A DNA stretch of 62,916 nucleotides, the filler included, from Patellaria atrata CBS 101060 (taxonomy: Eukaryota), in the NCBI GenBank assembly GCA_010093705.1. It is 7 parts of 6 records of this genome, joined end to end, with 100 filler letters (N's around TTAATTAATTAA, not from the genome) between each part and the next. Parts side by side here need not be neighbours in the genome. Positions count along the whole stretch, not along the records: positions 1 to 18,266 come from MU006132.1; 6 more parts are not named here. One strand, 5' to 3'. Shown in pieces: positions 1 through 12,494 of the stretch. The translations under genes and the position numbers were made by a program. The notes under the pieces were generated by a model. It ran no database searches. It had not been told where the DNA came from and was given only the letters and a program-made list of their open reading frames with translations. Position 1 is the first letter of the stretch. Each line of letters begins with the position of its first letter.

Positions 1-1037
1 TCGTAGAGTCTGTCGTGGAGTTCCTCTTTCCACTGGTCGCGTGATAACCTGGCTTCATTAGCCAGCCGGATGAACGTAGACTGGAACTTCGGAAAGTCCG
101 CTAGGTAGCCTTGCGTCAACTCCTTTAGTTCGTCTCTAGCTTTTAGTCGCCTGTTTGGGTCCTTATAGATCTGGTCTAGGAATCTTATTAGCCTTATTGA
201 GGTTACGTCGTCCTCCTCCGATTCTAAGAAAGGGTATATATGTTCAGCTGCCTCGCCACTAATCCGTGTCTTGATATAGGCAGTCTTCGCCCTTTCGTCT
301 TAGAACTAGTCGCTGTTAACGTAGAGCTTATCGTTCATCTTACTCTTCCACTCCTTATAGGTTAGCTTCTTGCCATCGGTTAGTTCTAGTGGATCGGGGA
401 ACTTCTTTATCTTATCGTCGCCCCTGCTCCTGAAGCTTCCGGTTGAATCGACTGTTCCAGCTCGGTCGTTACGACTACGTGGTGCCAATGGTTCTTCGTC
501 GTCAGATTCGTCGTCGAACCGGACGCTCCTTCGGTCTAGTTTAGACTACTTAGTCTGCCCCTTTAGGTTATCGATCTCGTCCTAGAGGCGTTCCATGGCT
601 TCTTCGTTCGCTTGGCATACTTGCAGCTTCAGCTGTAAGTCGGGCGCCATCTCGTTAATAAGGTTTGCCATCTTTCCGAGTTGTATCTCTCGAGCCATAA
701 GCTTCGCTCTCGTGTGGAGGTACTCCGTTACGAACTGGTCTAGGTTTTCAGCTACCCATTCCTTCGCTCCGTCGATCGTATCGGCGTTTCGATCGTCTGT
801 AATAGCGGTACACCTAAGAGGCTTCCCTTCTTCTATCATTCCGGGGATTCCTCTTAGTAGGTTCTGTAGATCCGCTTCTAGGATGTCGTCGGTGATCTGC
901 TGGTCGACCACTTCTAGCGTCGATCTACGTCGGTGCATTTTTCCTTTTCCTTTTAATCCGGTGCTACTCTCTACTCCTGGATCCATGGTTAGCTCGTTGC
1001 CCGTCTGCTTCGCTGAGGTTGCTGAAGGTTTAACCAT
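1..1037 (-). pseudogene. gag of gypsy A1, broken by TAG/TAA stops
   Basis: ORFs 582-1037 and 306-488 are in one frame, separated by RIP-type stops; retrotransposon gag-like motifs. Confidence 0.75.
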
Positions 1038-1291
1038 CTTATTTAGTTTGCTATAATGTTTACTTCTCTAAGCAATTCGTATTCGTCAGTCCTGATCTCT
1101 TTCAAGTACTGGGTCGTCGTTGTCGTCGGCGCTGATACTCTCAGGCACCGGATATCTCGTTGCTAGTAGAGCTCAGCTGCTTGCAGATCCCCGATCAGTC
1201 CGATGATCGTTCGTCAGCTAGACTGATATCGTGCTCCGGTTGGAATATTATATCGCCTTTCTAGAGGCCGTTGAAGGTGAACTTAATCTAG

Positions 1292-1563
1292 TATGACAAT
1301 GTAGTATAGCTGTAGTAATCGTATTTTGACTATCTCTATTACTAACTACTAAGTGTGGAGATTAAGTTAAGGAACAATAATATCGTGGGCCGAATGTCCG
1401 CATATAACAGTCCCGCCTTGCCAAGCCTCGGCCCGACTATCTTCCGTTTAACCAATCAGCGCTCAGAGATCTTTTCCGCGTCCGACCCGGCAAAGATCTC
1501 TTGCAAATAAACCAAACACTCAGCATAGGAAATACGGGATCAGCATCGTGACACGTCGTTATA
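1292..1563 (-). repeat. Family A LTR (272 bp)
   Basis: Recurs, increasingly AT-converted, at 12233-12494, 13244-13515, 13593-13850, 13851-14122, 18367-18631 and 24790-25061. Ends TATAAC..GTCATA, read as RIP-mutated TG..CA. Confidence 0.9.
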
Positions 1564-3847
1564 GGGTTTATTATTAGCACCGACGGAATAGTAATAAACC
1601 TAGAGAAGATTAAGGTAGTTTAAAACTAGAAGTTACCCATAAGTGTAAAAGATATTTTATCGTTTAATAGATTCTATAACTTTTATCGGAAGTTCCTTAA
1701 GAAGTTTAGTTAGGTAATATAGCCGCTAATAGTTTAGACCTAAAAAGAAGTATAATAACCGCTCGGGCTAAAAGAAGAAGAAGTATTCGAAAAAGCTAAA
1801 GAACTAATTCTATTAAATTAAATACTAGCGTATTATAATCCTTTACTTAAGATAAAAGTCGAATCTAATTATAGCGATAGAGTTACTATAGTAGTCCTAT
1901 CTTAGCTTTACGGAAAGATCTAGAGACCGGTTATCTTCTAAATAAAGATATTATTAGAAACGGAACTAAGATACGAAATCTATAATAAAGAGATATTAAC
2001 TATAGTGAAAGTACTAGCTAAATAAAGAAGTATATTAATAGAACTATAGTAAGTTCCCTTCACTATAATTATTAACTATAAAGTACTAGAATACTTCACT
2101 ATAAAATAGTTACTTAATACTCGATAAGCCTAATAGAGTAAAACCCTATCCGATTTCCACTTCTAAATTATATACCGGCCCGGAGCCTAGAACGTCGTCG
2201 CGGACGCGTTTTTATATAAGTAAGAGGACCTAAAAACGATAAAAGATAAAGATATTACGATACGGACCTAGATATTAATCGACTTAAATATAATAATAGC
2301 ACCTCTCTAATTCTTTATAAAATAATAACTACTATTTAAAAAGATATCTTAGAATAATAGGAAATATATAGCCTCTATAAAGAAGGCGGTAGAGAAGTAC
2401 GCCCCGAATCTAGGACCTAGGGCCCGGGTTATAGTAGCTAAGATGGCGATAACCGAGCCTTCGCTAATATAGGAGATAGAGAGAGTCGAAGCTTAAGATT
2501 TAGGGTCTAAGGTAGCTAAAACCCTAAAAGAGAGAGATAATATATTAAAGAAGTGTATTAACCTCGACTCTAGGCTAGAGTTAATACCTACTTACTCTAT
2601 AATTCCCACCACTAAAGAAGAAAAGGAGGTTAGATTTTAAGAGAAAGAAAGAGAGGATATATCTATAAATTTAAAACGGTATATTTAAAATAAGTTTAGT
2701 TAGAACTAGAAACCGTTAATAATATATCTACTAATAAACTAGATCTTAGAAGTAAATAGGAAATATAACTCTCTATTAATATATTAAAAGTAAATTAAAG
2801 CTAAGAAGAGATACTAAGAATTATAAAATAGCCTACTTATTAGATTTAATAGGCTTATAGTTTTAGACGTGGATAATCTTAGAATATATTTAATACGAGA
2901 CGTATATAACGCGCTAATTATAGGATATTTAGGAACGAAGAAGACGAAAGAGCTAATCTAAGCACGATACTATTAACCCGGCTTAATAACTAACGTAAAG
3001 AGATATATCCGAAACTATCACACTTATCGTTAAATGTATATACTAAGAGATAAAACCCCTAGTTTACTAAAATCACTACTAATAGAAGATAGATATTAGT
3101 AATATATCTCTTTTAACTTTAAATCGTTCTCTAAAGATATATACGGTTTCGAAATAGCGTTCGTAGTGGTAGATCGACTAGAAAAGAGAGTAATCTCGCT
3201 TCCCTACACTAAAGATATCTTAGCTAAGATAGCTATAAAGCTATACTATAAATATATATAGCGAATATACGATATACCGGAAACGGCGATATTAGATCGT
3301 GATCTATAGTTTATATCCGCGTTTACAGACGAACTTTATAAACTAATAAAAGTGAAATAGAAGCTATCTATAGCCTACCACTCGTAGATAAATAGAGGAA
3401 TGAAGATTATTAACTAGTATATAGACCTATAACTCCAATCCTTTATAAACTATTATTAAAGTAATTAATCGGAATTATTATCTATAATAGACTTTACTTA
3501 GACTACGTTAGTCTATAAATTAATAGGTATTTTCCCTTATAAGTTAAAATTCGGTTACTAACTATAAATGTATTTTAACTAGTAAGAGCGGATAGAGCTT
3601 AATATATATAAGATAGTTCGAGAAAAAATAAGTAGAGAGGAAGTTTAACTATTCGCGAAACGCACCTATAACGCCGTTAAATGGGCGAGGAATAACCTAG
3701 AAAAGGTATAAGTAATATAGGTAAAGTCGGCTAATAAATATCGGAGAGAACTAGACTTCGAACTAAGAGACTACGTCTTTATCTTATATAAAGGCTAAAT
3801 ATCGGATAGGCTAAGTGTTAAACTAGACTATTAAAACGTAAGTTTAT

Positions 3848-4430
3848 TATTATAACGGAAGTCTATACTTATTAAGATAGAACTAGATAAGTCTAGAAAC
3901 GCGCTTAGCTTCTCACTTAACGTGGTTAACTATAAAGATAAGTTCGGTAAAGTGATAGGATACGTATAATAAAGGCACTTTAAGTTATCGATATAACTTA
4001 CTAACTCCTTAACTTTAGGTACTACTTATAATAAGATAAGACGTACTATATAGAAATAGTGTAATAAGTGAAGTTAAGTTTAAAACCGTAATATCCAAAT
4101 CTATAGGTAAGATTAATAGTAAGAATAACTACAAAGAATCTAAATATATAAGGGAAAGACCGTTCTTAAATATTCCTATCCTCTATAGTTAATTTAGTTA
4201 CCTATTCTCTAGTCGTTCTAGTCATTAGTCGTTCTCTACGACTAGCGCGACTAGCAACCACTATCTAGTCGTTTTAGTCGTTAGTCGTTCTCTACGACTA
4301 GCACGACCAGCGACTAACGTCTAGGTCACGTGATTCTCTATCACTCGTTTCACCCGTAGTTCTCCCGAGTGGTGTTCCTTCCTTCCCCTCACTCGTTATC
4401 TATATATTCCTATAACTTATAGCCGTAATA
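3848..4430 (-). repeat. Family B 3' LTR (583 bp)
   Basis: Near-identical to 10622-11194 and 11295-11691; adjacent polypurine tract AAGAAGGAGGAGGATAG on the minus strand. Confidence 0.92.
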
Positions 4431-4545
4431 CTATCCTCCTCCTTCTTAACTCTTATCCTAAGAGTTTATTTCTTTTGCTTAGGTATATAATAGACGTGTC
4501 GCCTATCTATTAAGTCGTACGCACCTCTCTTTCCTTTCTTTCGAG

Positions 4546-5094
4546 ATGCTAAAAGCTAAACCCCGTCCAGTCCGCCGCCGACGTTACGCTACCCGTATTA
4601 CTCTACACGGTCGTCCTATACCGACTCCCTATTCCGCTTATCGTCGTTTCTCTCGTTCTTATATTGTCGATATTCCTTCTAGTTTCTATTCTAAGTGTCT
4701 CGCTCGTGGTTCAAAATGCGATCTTATAGTGATATAAAAGGATTAAGATAAGCTCGATGCTTTAAAGGCTCGTACTCGCTCCGAGCTAGCTACTACTAAG
4801 GACGAGCAAGAATCCCTTTAGGCTCGTGTACGTCGCCTCCGTAAATAACTTCGTTCCCTTAAAGAGAAGGAATTTAAGATATCTCGTTATAAGCTTAGTT
4901 CTATCGAGGAACTTAAGGCTTTAGAGCGAGCAGCCGAAGGGCAGCGAGCTTCCTCGGTCGTTCCTCCTTCCTCCGCTATCGTGTCTCCCTCTAGTTAGTC
5001 TAGTTTGGATTTCTCTACCCTCGAGGGTCTAGAATTCCCTAGTTTTGGCGATAAAACTATTTAAGTTTCTAATCGTAGTTCGTTAAGTGCTTAA
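4546..5094 (+). pseudogene. Antisense accessory ORF of gypsy B: Zn2Cys6-like cluster + coiled coil (RIP-mutated)
   Basis: Four TAT codons plus TGT and TGC give C-x2-C-x6-C-x8-C-x2-C-x6-C on reversing TpA to TpG. The frame continues through RIP-type stops into a charged heptad-like region. 3' end uncertain. Confidence 0.7.
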
Positions 5095-8000
5095 GTGGTT
5101 CCCACGTGTTATCTACGTGTTCGTAGCCTTTCCATTTTACTAAATACTTATACTAACTATTTACTCGTTATAGGTCTAAGATTCGTTCTACCTCGTAGAT
5201 ATCTTCTTCCTCGAGTTCTATAGGTCGTGTTTAGAGTTTAGCATTAGTAGGTGCTAGTTCTAGGAGTGATATATGGAAAACTAGGTGTATCTTCATTCCT
5301 TATAGTAATTCTAACTTATAATTGACTTTTTCTTTAACCTATTTAATTCTAAAGGGGCCGATTTTCTTATAGTCTAGTTTCTTGTTAGGTCGTTTTATTT
5401 TAAGGTTTTTCTATAATAAGTAAACTTTATCCCCCCTTTTAAAGGTCGGTTCTAGCGACCTATACTAATTACTATACTTCGTAGCCCTTATCGTCTAGAA
5501 AGCTATATCTTGTGATAGTTATACGTGTAATTCCTTAATTTGCTCTACTTTTAACGTTACTTCTTATAAAATGCTCTGAACTATTCTCGGCTCACGATAT
5601 ACTTCCGGTTTAAAACCATAGTTCGTATAGAAGGGTGAAACCTTCGTGGTATCGGATTTCGCGCTATTATATACGAATTATACTATTAGTAGTAGCTCTA
5701 CCCAGTTATTCTACTAGTAATTTATATAATTACGTAAGTATTACTCTAGAGATTGATTTATTCTCTTAGTTTAGCTATCCGTTTATAGGTGAAAGCTCGT
5801 TAATAGCTTATAGTTTACCTTTAGACCTTATACTAGAGTTTACTAAAACGCTAATTTAAACAGTTTATCTCTATCTAAGATAATCTCTCTCGGTATCTAG
5901 TAATTTACTAGCACTATCCTTATCACTAATACTACTACTTATAGTGCTATTATTATTATCTTTACTAGTATAAAGTAGGTGAACTTTATTAGTCGTTCTA
6001 CGATAACTAATATCGCGTTATACTCTACTCTTATTACTAGATCTTTAGATCCTAGTAGACCTATAATAAAGTCTATCGTTATTGAGTCCTATGCTCGCTT
6101 TAGTGGCTTAATATATTATATCTATCTATAAGGTATATATTTTACACTTTTATTCCGTGCGTAGTTATTACACTTTAAGATAACTTTCTTCACTATACTT
6201 CTTACCCCTAGAAAGTAGTAGTTCCTTAGGATCCTTTCTAAGGTTTTGTCAATACCTTAGTGACTATATACTAGTGCTTTATAGATCTCTTTAGTAAGAG
6301 TCTTTCGTAGTATTATTAGCATATATACGAGCCCGTCGTATAGCTATATTCCTTAAGCTATTTATATTGCTCTAGAGTCGCTACCCTTTCGGAACTCCTC
6401 TATTATACTATCCTTCTAATAGGTATTATGAATTTATTATTCTCTCGTGGATTCGATTATTAGCATTATAGCTAATTTTAGCTAATTATAGGTGATCGCA
6501 TCGTTTTCTTTCCTTAGTACCGTGTTATATACCGGTTTTATTCCTTCTAGGTAGTCGGATCTTCTATTTATAGTATTAGCTAGTTTATTTTCGACTCCTA
6601 GTCTATAGAATATTTTAAAGTTAAAAGATACGAGTGTTTCTATCTATCTTACTTATCTTCGATTTAACTTCTTTATTATAAGGAAGTTTATTAGGTTTTG
6701 ATAGTCTAACTAAACTTTTATAGTGAACTTAGGTCCTTTAAGGTATAACCTCCACTATTTAAATGCGTCGACGATTACTAATAACTCTTTATCGTGTACG
6801 TCGTAATTTAGCTCTACGGCCGTGAATTTCCGTGAATAAAAGGCTACTAGGTGTAGTCGTCCTTTCTTATCTAGCTAATTTATATATACACCTAGTGTAT
6901 AATTAGATGCGTTAGTCTCTAGCACTATCGGTTTCTCTAAGTTAAATATAACTAAGATAGATACTATAGTGAACTTCTTCTTAAGTTCGTCGAATACTTC
7001 CTAGACCTTCTCTATCTAAATAAAGGTATTTTCCTTCTTTATTAACTCTAATAGCGGCGTTATTACCTTCGAGTACCCCTAGATAAACTTTCTATAGTAG
7101 TTCGCGAAACCTAGGAACGATTATACGTCCTTTATATTCTTCGGCGTCGGCTAATCTTAGATTATAGCTATCTTTTTTAGGTCTACTCGTATACCTTTAG
7201 TGGTAATGATAAAGCCTAGAAATTCCGTTTCTTTAATATAGAATTCACATTTATCTAGGTGTACTAAGAGTCTCTTTTCTCGTAGTTTCGTTAATACTTT
7301 CTTTATATACTCCCTATACTCTTCGAGTGTTCCGTTCGTATATACTAGTATATTATCTAGGTAAATAGTTATAAATACGTCTAAATACTCTCTTAATACG
7401 TGATTAATCACTACTTAGAACGTTACTAGGGCGTTAGTTAAGCTAAACGGTATTACTATATATTCGTATAGTCCGAACCTCGTTCTTATAGCTATCTTCC
7501 ATTCTTCGCCTTCTTTCATTCTAATTCGATAGTAACCGTCTTAGATATCGAATTTCGTAAGCTATTTTACTCCTTATAACCTATCCTAGATTTCTAAGAT
7601 TAAGGGTAATAGGTATCTATTCTTAACCGTAGTATTATTTAGCTATCTATAGTCGATATATAATCTTAGCTTACCATTCTTCTTTAGTATAAATAGAATC
7701 GGTGAAGCTATCGGGCTTTCACTAGATCGTATATATCCCTTTTCTAAGTTGGTGCGGATATATTCTTCGAGTGCTTTATATTACTCTCTCGTTAACGGGT
7801 AAATTGGACCGGGTCGTAGTTTCGCACCCTCCTTTAGCACTATCTTATAATCCCACGTCTAGTGATCCGGAAGTATAGTCGCTATATCTTCCTCAAATAA
7901 ATCTTTAAACTCGCTATACTCTTTAGGTATCTTAGGTTCTTTAGAAACCTTCTTAGCGTCTATTTTCCTAAGCTATACTACTCCTACGCTCTTAGGTTTA

Positions 8001-8540
8001 TTTCTATAGATCTATATTATCTTATAGTGCGAAATACGTTCTATAGATATACTAGTATCCGTCTACTTAGTACGTCCTATTCGCTTAACTCTATTCTTTC
8101 GTAAGGTGTCTTAGTTAATCTAGATACTTCTCGTCTTCTAGTTAATATCTAGGTTCACTATTTATAACTAGTCTATCCCTAGAATTATATCTATATCTTC
8201 TAGGTCGGTTATAGAGATACGCTAAGTAGTTACCTTCCCTTATACGTTAACTTCTACTAGTATAGTCCTAAAGTTAATTAGACCTCGTCTATATTCTATT
8301 TCTTCGCCATTTCCTAGTCGTAACGGGACTGGATTTTCAAGTTTCGTGTAAGGTATACTCTTCTTTTCTACCTATCGGGGTGAGATAAACGAATCGGTGG
8401 CGCCGCTATTAACTAGCGCTGTCGTTCTTTTACCGTGTATAGTAATATCTACCTAAAGCGTCTTATCGTTACTTCGTAGGGTTTTAAGGAACTTAGGAGC
8501 TATACTTCTCGATCGTTCCTATCTCGAGTGGCTTAGTAGT
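5012..8540 (-). pseudogene. pol of gypsy B (PR-RT-RH-IN-chromodomain)
   Basis: Domain motifs in Ty3/gypsy order; many TAA/TAG stops. End coordinate approximate. Confidence 0.88.
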
Positions 8541-10590
8541 TTTTTACGTAGCCATGTACTAGGTAACCGGATTCCACGTACACGGTCTAGTGTAGTCTAT
8601 CGTGTCGGTCGTAATATGGACCTTTACGATGTTCCTCGCATTCCAATTCTCGACATTCTCGTTTAATAACTACGTTATAACTTAGGTTACTTTTAATTCC
8701 TACTCTCTATCTTTACGCGGTATAGTAATCGTATTATATCCCTTTAATAGCGTATTATCTAAAGTCTATCGCGTTATATCTAGTAGCTTACTCGATAGTT
8801 TCTCTTTCGTCTTTAAGCGCTTCTATTTCCTATAGGAACATTTTTCCTTTATAGAACTCTTCTTCTAATCCTCTATAGTACTAGTAATCTATACTATATT
8901 TATAATCTACCCATATTACTATTATATATTCTACGTGGATTAGCGCCTAGTAATATCGTCTACACCTAAGTTTATCTATATAATTGAAACTATCGTACTT
9001 CCTATAGTCGCCTACTAATGGTTCGAGTTCTTAATTCTTCTCAGTTTTTCTTGTTTCATCTTCGTGGATTTTACATCCTTTCACCTGGCATTCGCCTTTA
9101 GGTAAGTGTATATAAGTAGGGTCTCGATCCCTAAACTTCGCTATAGCCTTCTACTATTTATAGTATAAGTAGTTATCCTCTTTATATTATATCTATCGAA
9201 AGGCTAAATAGTCTTCTACCCTCGGTGTAAGGTTCAATTATTATTCTTCGACGATCGCGTCGGCACTAGATTCGGGTTCGATCGGTTCCTAATCTCGGAA
9301 CTCTTATTCGAGCCGTTATTATTATTCCATAATCCGGTACGTGAGGCCTAGTCTATTAGATATTTATACTTTAATTCTCTAACCTTGATTTTATGCTAGG
9401 CATTCTAATACTATATATATATATATATTTCCACACGCCTAATATTATTAGTTATCTAAACGTTATCGGAGTATCTCCTCCTCTAGCTAGTTTCCTATTA
9501 TTAGGAACGGCGTTAGTGGCCTACTCACCCCCGTCTAGTATAGTAGCGGTATTTCCTTAATCTCTTCTTCTTCAAGCGATAAGACTAGTGATAGTGGTGT
9601 TAGGTGTATAACTCTAAGTTATATACGTCGGTTATATCGCGAGGATAATTACGTCTTCTATAGGTAGTCTCTCTTAAAATGTCCCACTTCTCCGTATTAT
9701 AGATATACTCTATTCGTAAAGCGCTCTTTTTCTTCTTAGATAAACTATCGTTATTTCTTTAACTTCTTTTATTTTGTTTATTATAGTCGGTCGAGATCTA
9801 TCGGGTCTCTTTAATCTTGTCTATTCGTGGCCCTTATTACCTTCTTTCTATATCTAACTATAATATTCTTCCGTCCTCCCTTTTCCTATCTACGCTTATA
9901 TAACCTATTATCTATTCTAACTACTAAGGTCACTACGTCCTATATTATTATTAGTCTCTTATAATGAACCCACTCGTCCTTTACTTCTTCCTTTAAACCT
10001 TAATAGAAAGCGATTATTAGTGGTTTATTAGGCTAACCTAATATTAATACTACCTACTAGAATATAGTCGTATACTTCGAAGCTAACCCTTTTTACCTAA
10101 GTCTTTAAAGCTTTCTTTCTACTACTTATTATTCGTCGACTTCCCTAAAGACGTTCTTTAGCGTTTCTTCGAACTTTGGAAACGACTTAAAGATCTTAAC
10201 TATTTCGTCTTCCTAGTGTTCTTCACTATTCTTAAGATAGTCTCGTGTAATGGGTTCGAACCATTCTAAAGCGTCTCCTTTAAGGTACGCTAATATATCG
10301 AGTACACGTTCACTATCGTCCGTTAGCCCTATTCTTTTATAATAAATCCTCACCTAGGTTAAGAATCCTCTCAGCTCGTCTCGTTTACCATCGTATAGTG
10401 CGGGTTCTTTAACTTTCGCGGTTCGCTTTTATAGTGAAAGCAACTATACGATAAGTTGTTCGAGCTAATCCCTAAGTTCTTAGACTATTCCCTTATTCTC
10501 GAGTTTAGTGATATGTTTATATAACGCTTAGATATATTCTTTATCCGTCTTCGTGTTAGCTACGGCTGACGATATCGTGTCTAGGTCTAT
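8533..10590 (-). pseudogene. gag of gypsy B (long, with repeated C-x4-C-x2-H motifs)
   Basis: KVKEPALYDGKRDELRGFLT..YLKGDALEWFEP; ends A AAA AAC TAC TAA at 8545-8533. Start approximate. Confidence 0.8.
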
Positions 10591-10621
10591 TATACGCTTT
10601 CCTACTACGTGATAGTTATAA

Positions 10622-11691
10622 TATTATAATAGGAGTCTATACTTATTAAGATAGAACTAGATAAGTCTAGAAACGCGCCTAGCTTCTCACTTAACGTGGT
10701 TAACTATAAAGGTAGGTTCAGTAAAGTGATAGGATATATATAATAAAGGCACTTTAAGTTATCGATATAACTTACTAACTCCTTAACTTCAGGTACTACT
10801 TATAATGAGATAAGACGTACTATATAGAAATAGTGTAATAAGTGAAGTTAAGTTTAAAACCGTAATATCCAAATCTATAGGTAAGATTAATAGTAAGAAT
10901 AACTACGAAGAATCTAAATATATAAGGGAAAGACTATCCTTAAATATTCCTATCCTCTATAGTTAATTTAGTTACCTATTCTCTAGTCGTTCTAGTTATT
11001 AGTCGTTCTCTACGACTAGCGCGACTAGCGACCACTATCTAGTCGTTTTAGTCGTTAGTCGTTCTCTACGACTAGCACGACTAGCGACTAACGTCTAGGT
11101 CACGTGATTCTCTATCACTCGTTTCACCCGTAGTTCTCCCGAGTGGTGTTCCTTCCTTCCCCTCACTCGTTATCTATATATTCCTATAACTTATNNNNNN
11201 NNNNNNNNNNNNNNNNNNNNNNNNNNNNNNNNNNNNNNNNNNNNNNNNNNNNNNNNNNNNNNNNNNNNNNNNNNNNNNNNNNNNNNNNNNNNNNAGATAA
11301 GACGTACTATATAGAAATAGTGTAATAAGTGAAGTTAAGTTTAAAACCGTAATATCCAAATCTATAGGTAAGATTAATAGTAAGAATAACTACGAAGAAT
11401 CTAAATATATAAGGGAAAGACTATCCTTAAATATTCCTATCCTCTATAGTTAATTTAGTTACCTATTCTCTAGTCGTTCTAGTCATTAGTCGTTCTCTAC
11501 GACTAGCGCGACTAGCAACCACTATCTAGTCGTTTTAGTCGTTAGTCGTTCTCTACGACTAGCACGACCAGCGACTAACGTCTAGGTCACGTGATTCTCT
11601 ATCACTCGTTTCACCCGTAGTTCTCCCGAGTGGTGTTCCTTCCTTCCCCTCACTCGTTATCTATATATTCCTATAACTTATGGCCGTAATA
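10622..11691 (-). repeat. Family B 5' LTR, partly duplicated across a 100-N gap
   Basis: 11295 onward repeats the sequence from ~10808; true LTR length about 583 bp. Confidence 0.85.
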
Positions 11692-12494
11692 TCTATATAA
11701 GATAATAGAAATAAAAGAGCACTTTTATATAATCGATTTACCCACTAATATAAAGATATCGAACATATTCCACGTAGATAGGCTTCGTAAAGCATCGATA
11801 GACCTATTACCCGGATAATAGCTAGAACTATCACCGCCGATCGAAATAAACGGCGAGCTTAAATATAAAGTAGATAAGATCCTAGTAAGCTATATCTCTC
11901 GCGGTAAGTTATAGTATAAAGTAAGTTAGATCGGATATAATCTTAATAAGATATAGTATCCGGCTCGTAACTTTATTAGAGCACTATATAAGCTCGAAGA
12001 ATTCTACGATTAAAGACTAGCTAACACCGAATTATTAATCCGACTTAAAAAATAGCTCTAAGTCTTTAAATCCGAGATAGAAATAAAGCCGCACGACGAT
12101 AATAATATAACTAAAAAGAAGGGGTCTATATAAATTTTAAGATATTATAAATAGATAATAGATTAAATTATAGAACGCTATTAACATTATTATAAAAATT
12201 AGGGCCGATTTCTATTATTAAAAGGGGGATAATATAACGACTTATCACGATACTAGTCTTATTCCTATATTTAGTGAGTTTATACGAGGTCTTAGCCGGC
12301 TTAAATACGGAAGAGATCTTATAACTATAATTAGTTAAACGAAAGATAGTCGGGCCGAGACTTAATAAAGCGGGACTATTATAAACGAGTATTTAGTCTA
12401 TAATATAATTATTCTTTAACTTAATCTCTATACTTAGTAGTTAGTAATAGAGATAATTAAAATATAATTACTATAACTATATTATATTATTATA

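Larger units (their letters stand above)
1..1563 (-). mobile_element. Ty3/gypsy family A, copy A1 (5' LTR + gag, runs off the window start)
   Basis: 272-bp LTR at 1292-1563, leader, then a gag-like frame (KFPDPLELTDGKK...WKSKMNDKLYVN; AYIKTRISGEAAEHI). Inserted in opposite orientation into the RT of copy A2. Lightly RIP-mutated. Confidence 0.85.
3848..11691 (-). mobile_element. Ty3/gypsy chromovirus family B, full length, RIP-inactivated
   Basis: LTRs at 3848-4430 and 10622-11691 (latter split by a gap); TSD TTTAT 3843-3847 / TCTAT 11692-11696; PPT next to 4431; gag, protease ALVNSGAT, RT (IYLDNILVY), RNase H, integrase, chromodomain YEVERIL..YLVKWKGY..NTWEP. Confidence 0.93.
1564..12494 (+). 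mobile_element. Ty3/gypsy family A, copy A2 (RT end, RNase H, integrase, chromodomain, PPT, 3' LTR), interrupted by element B
   Basis: GFIISTDGI..EKIK; FYNFYRKF; IIYRPGA*NVVADA; YGIPET..DRD..F; chromodomain ~11860-12010; PPT AAAGGGGGATAA 12221-12232; LTR 12233-12494. Confidence 0.88.

Noticed and set aside
370..1056. Plus-strand ORFs 370-585 and 595-1056
   Set aside because: Antisense shadows of gag with no motif.
10808..11691. Apparent tandem duplication of the family B LTR
   Set aside because: Overlapping contig ends on either side of a 100-N gap.
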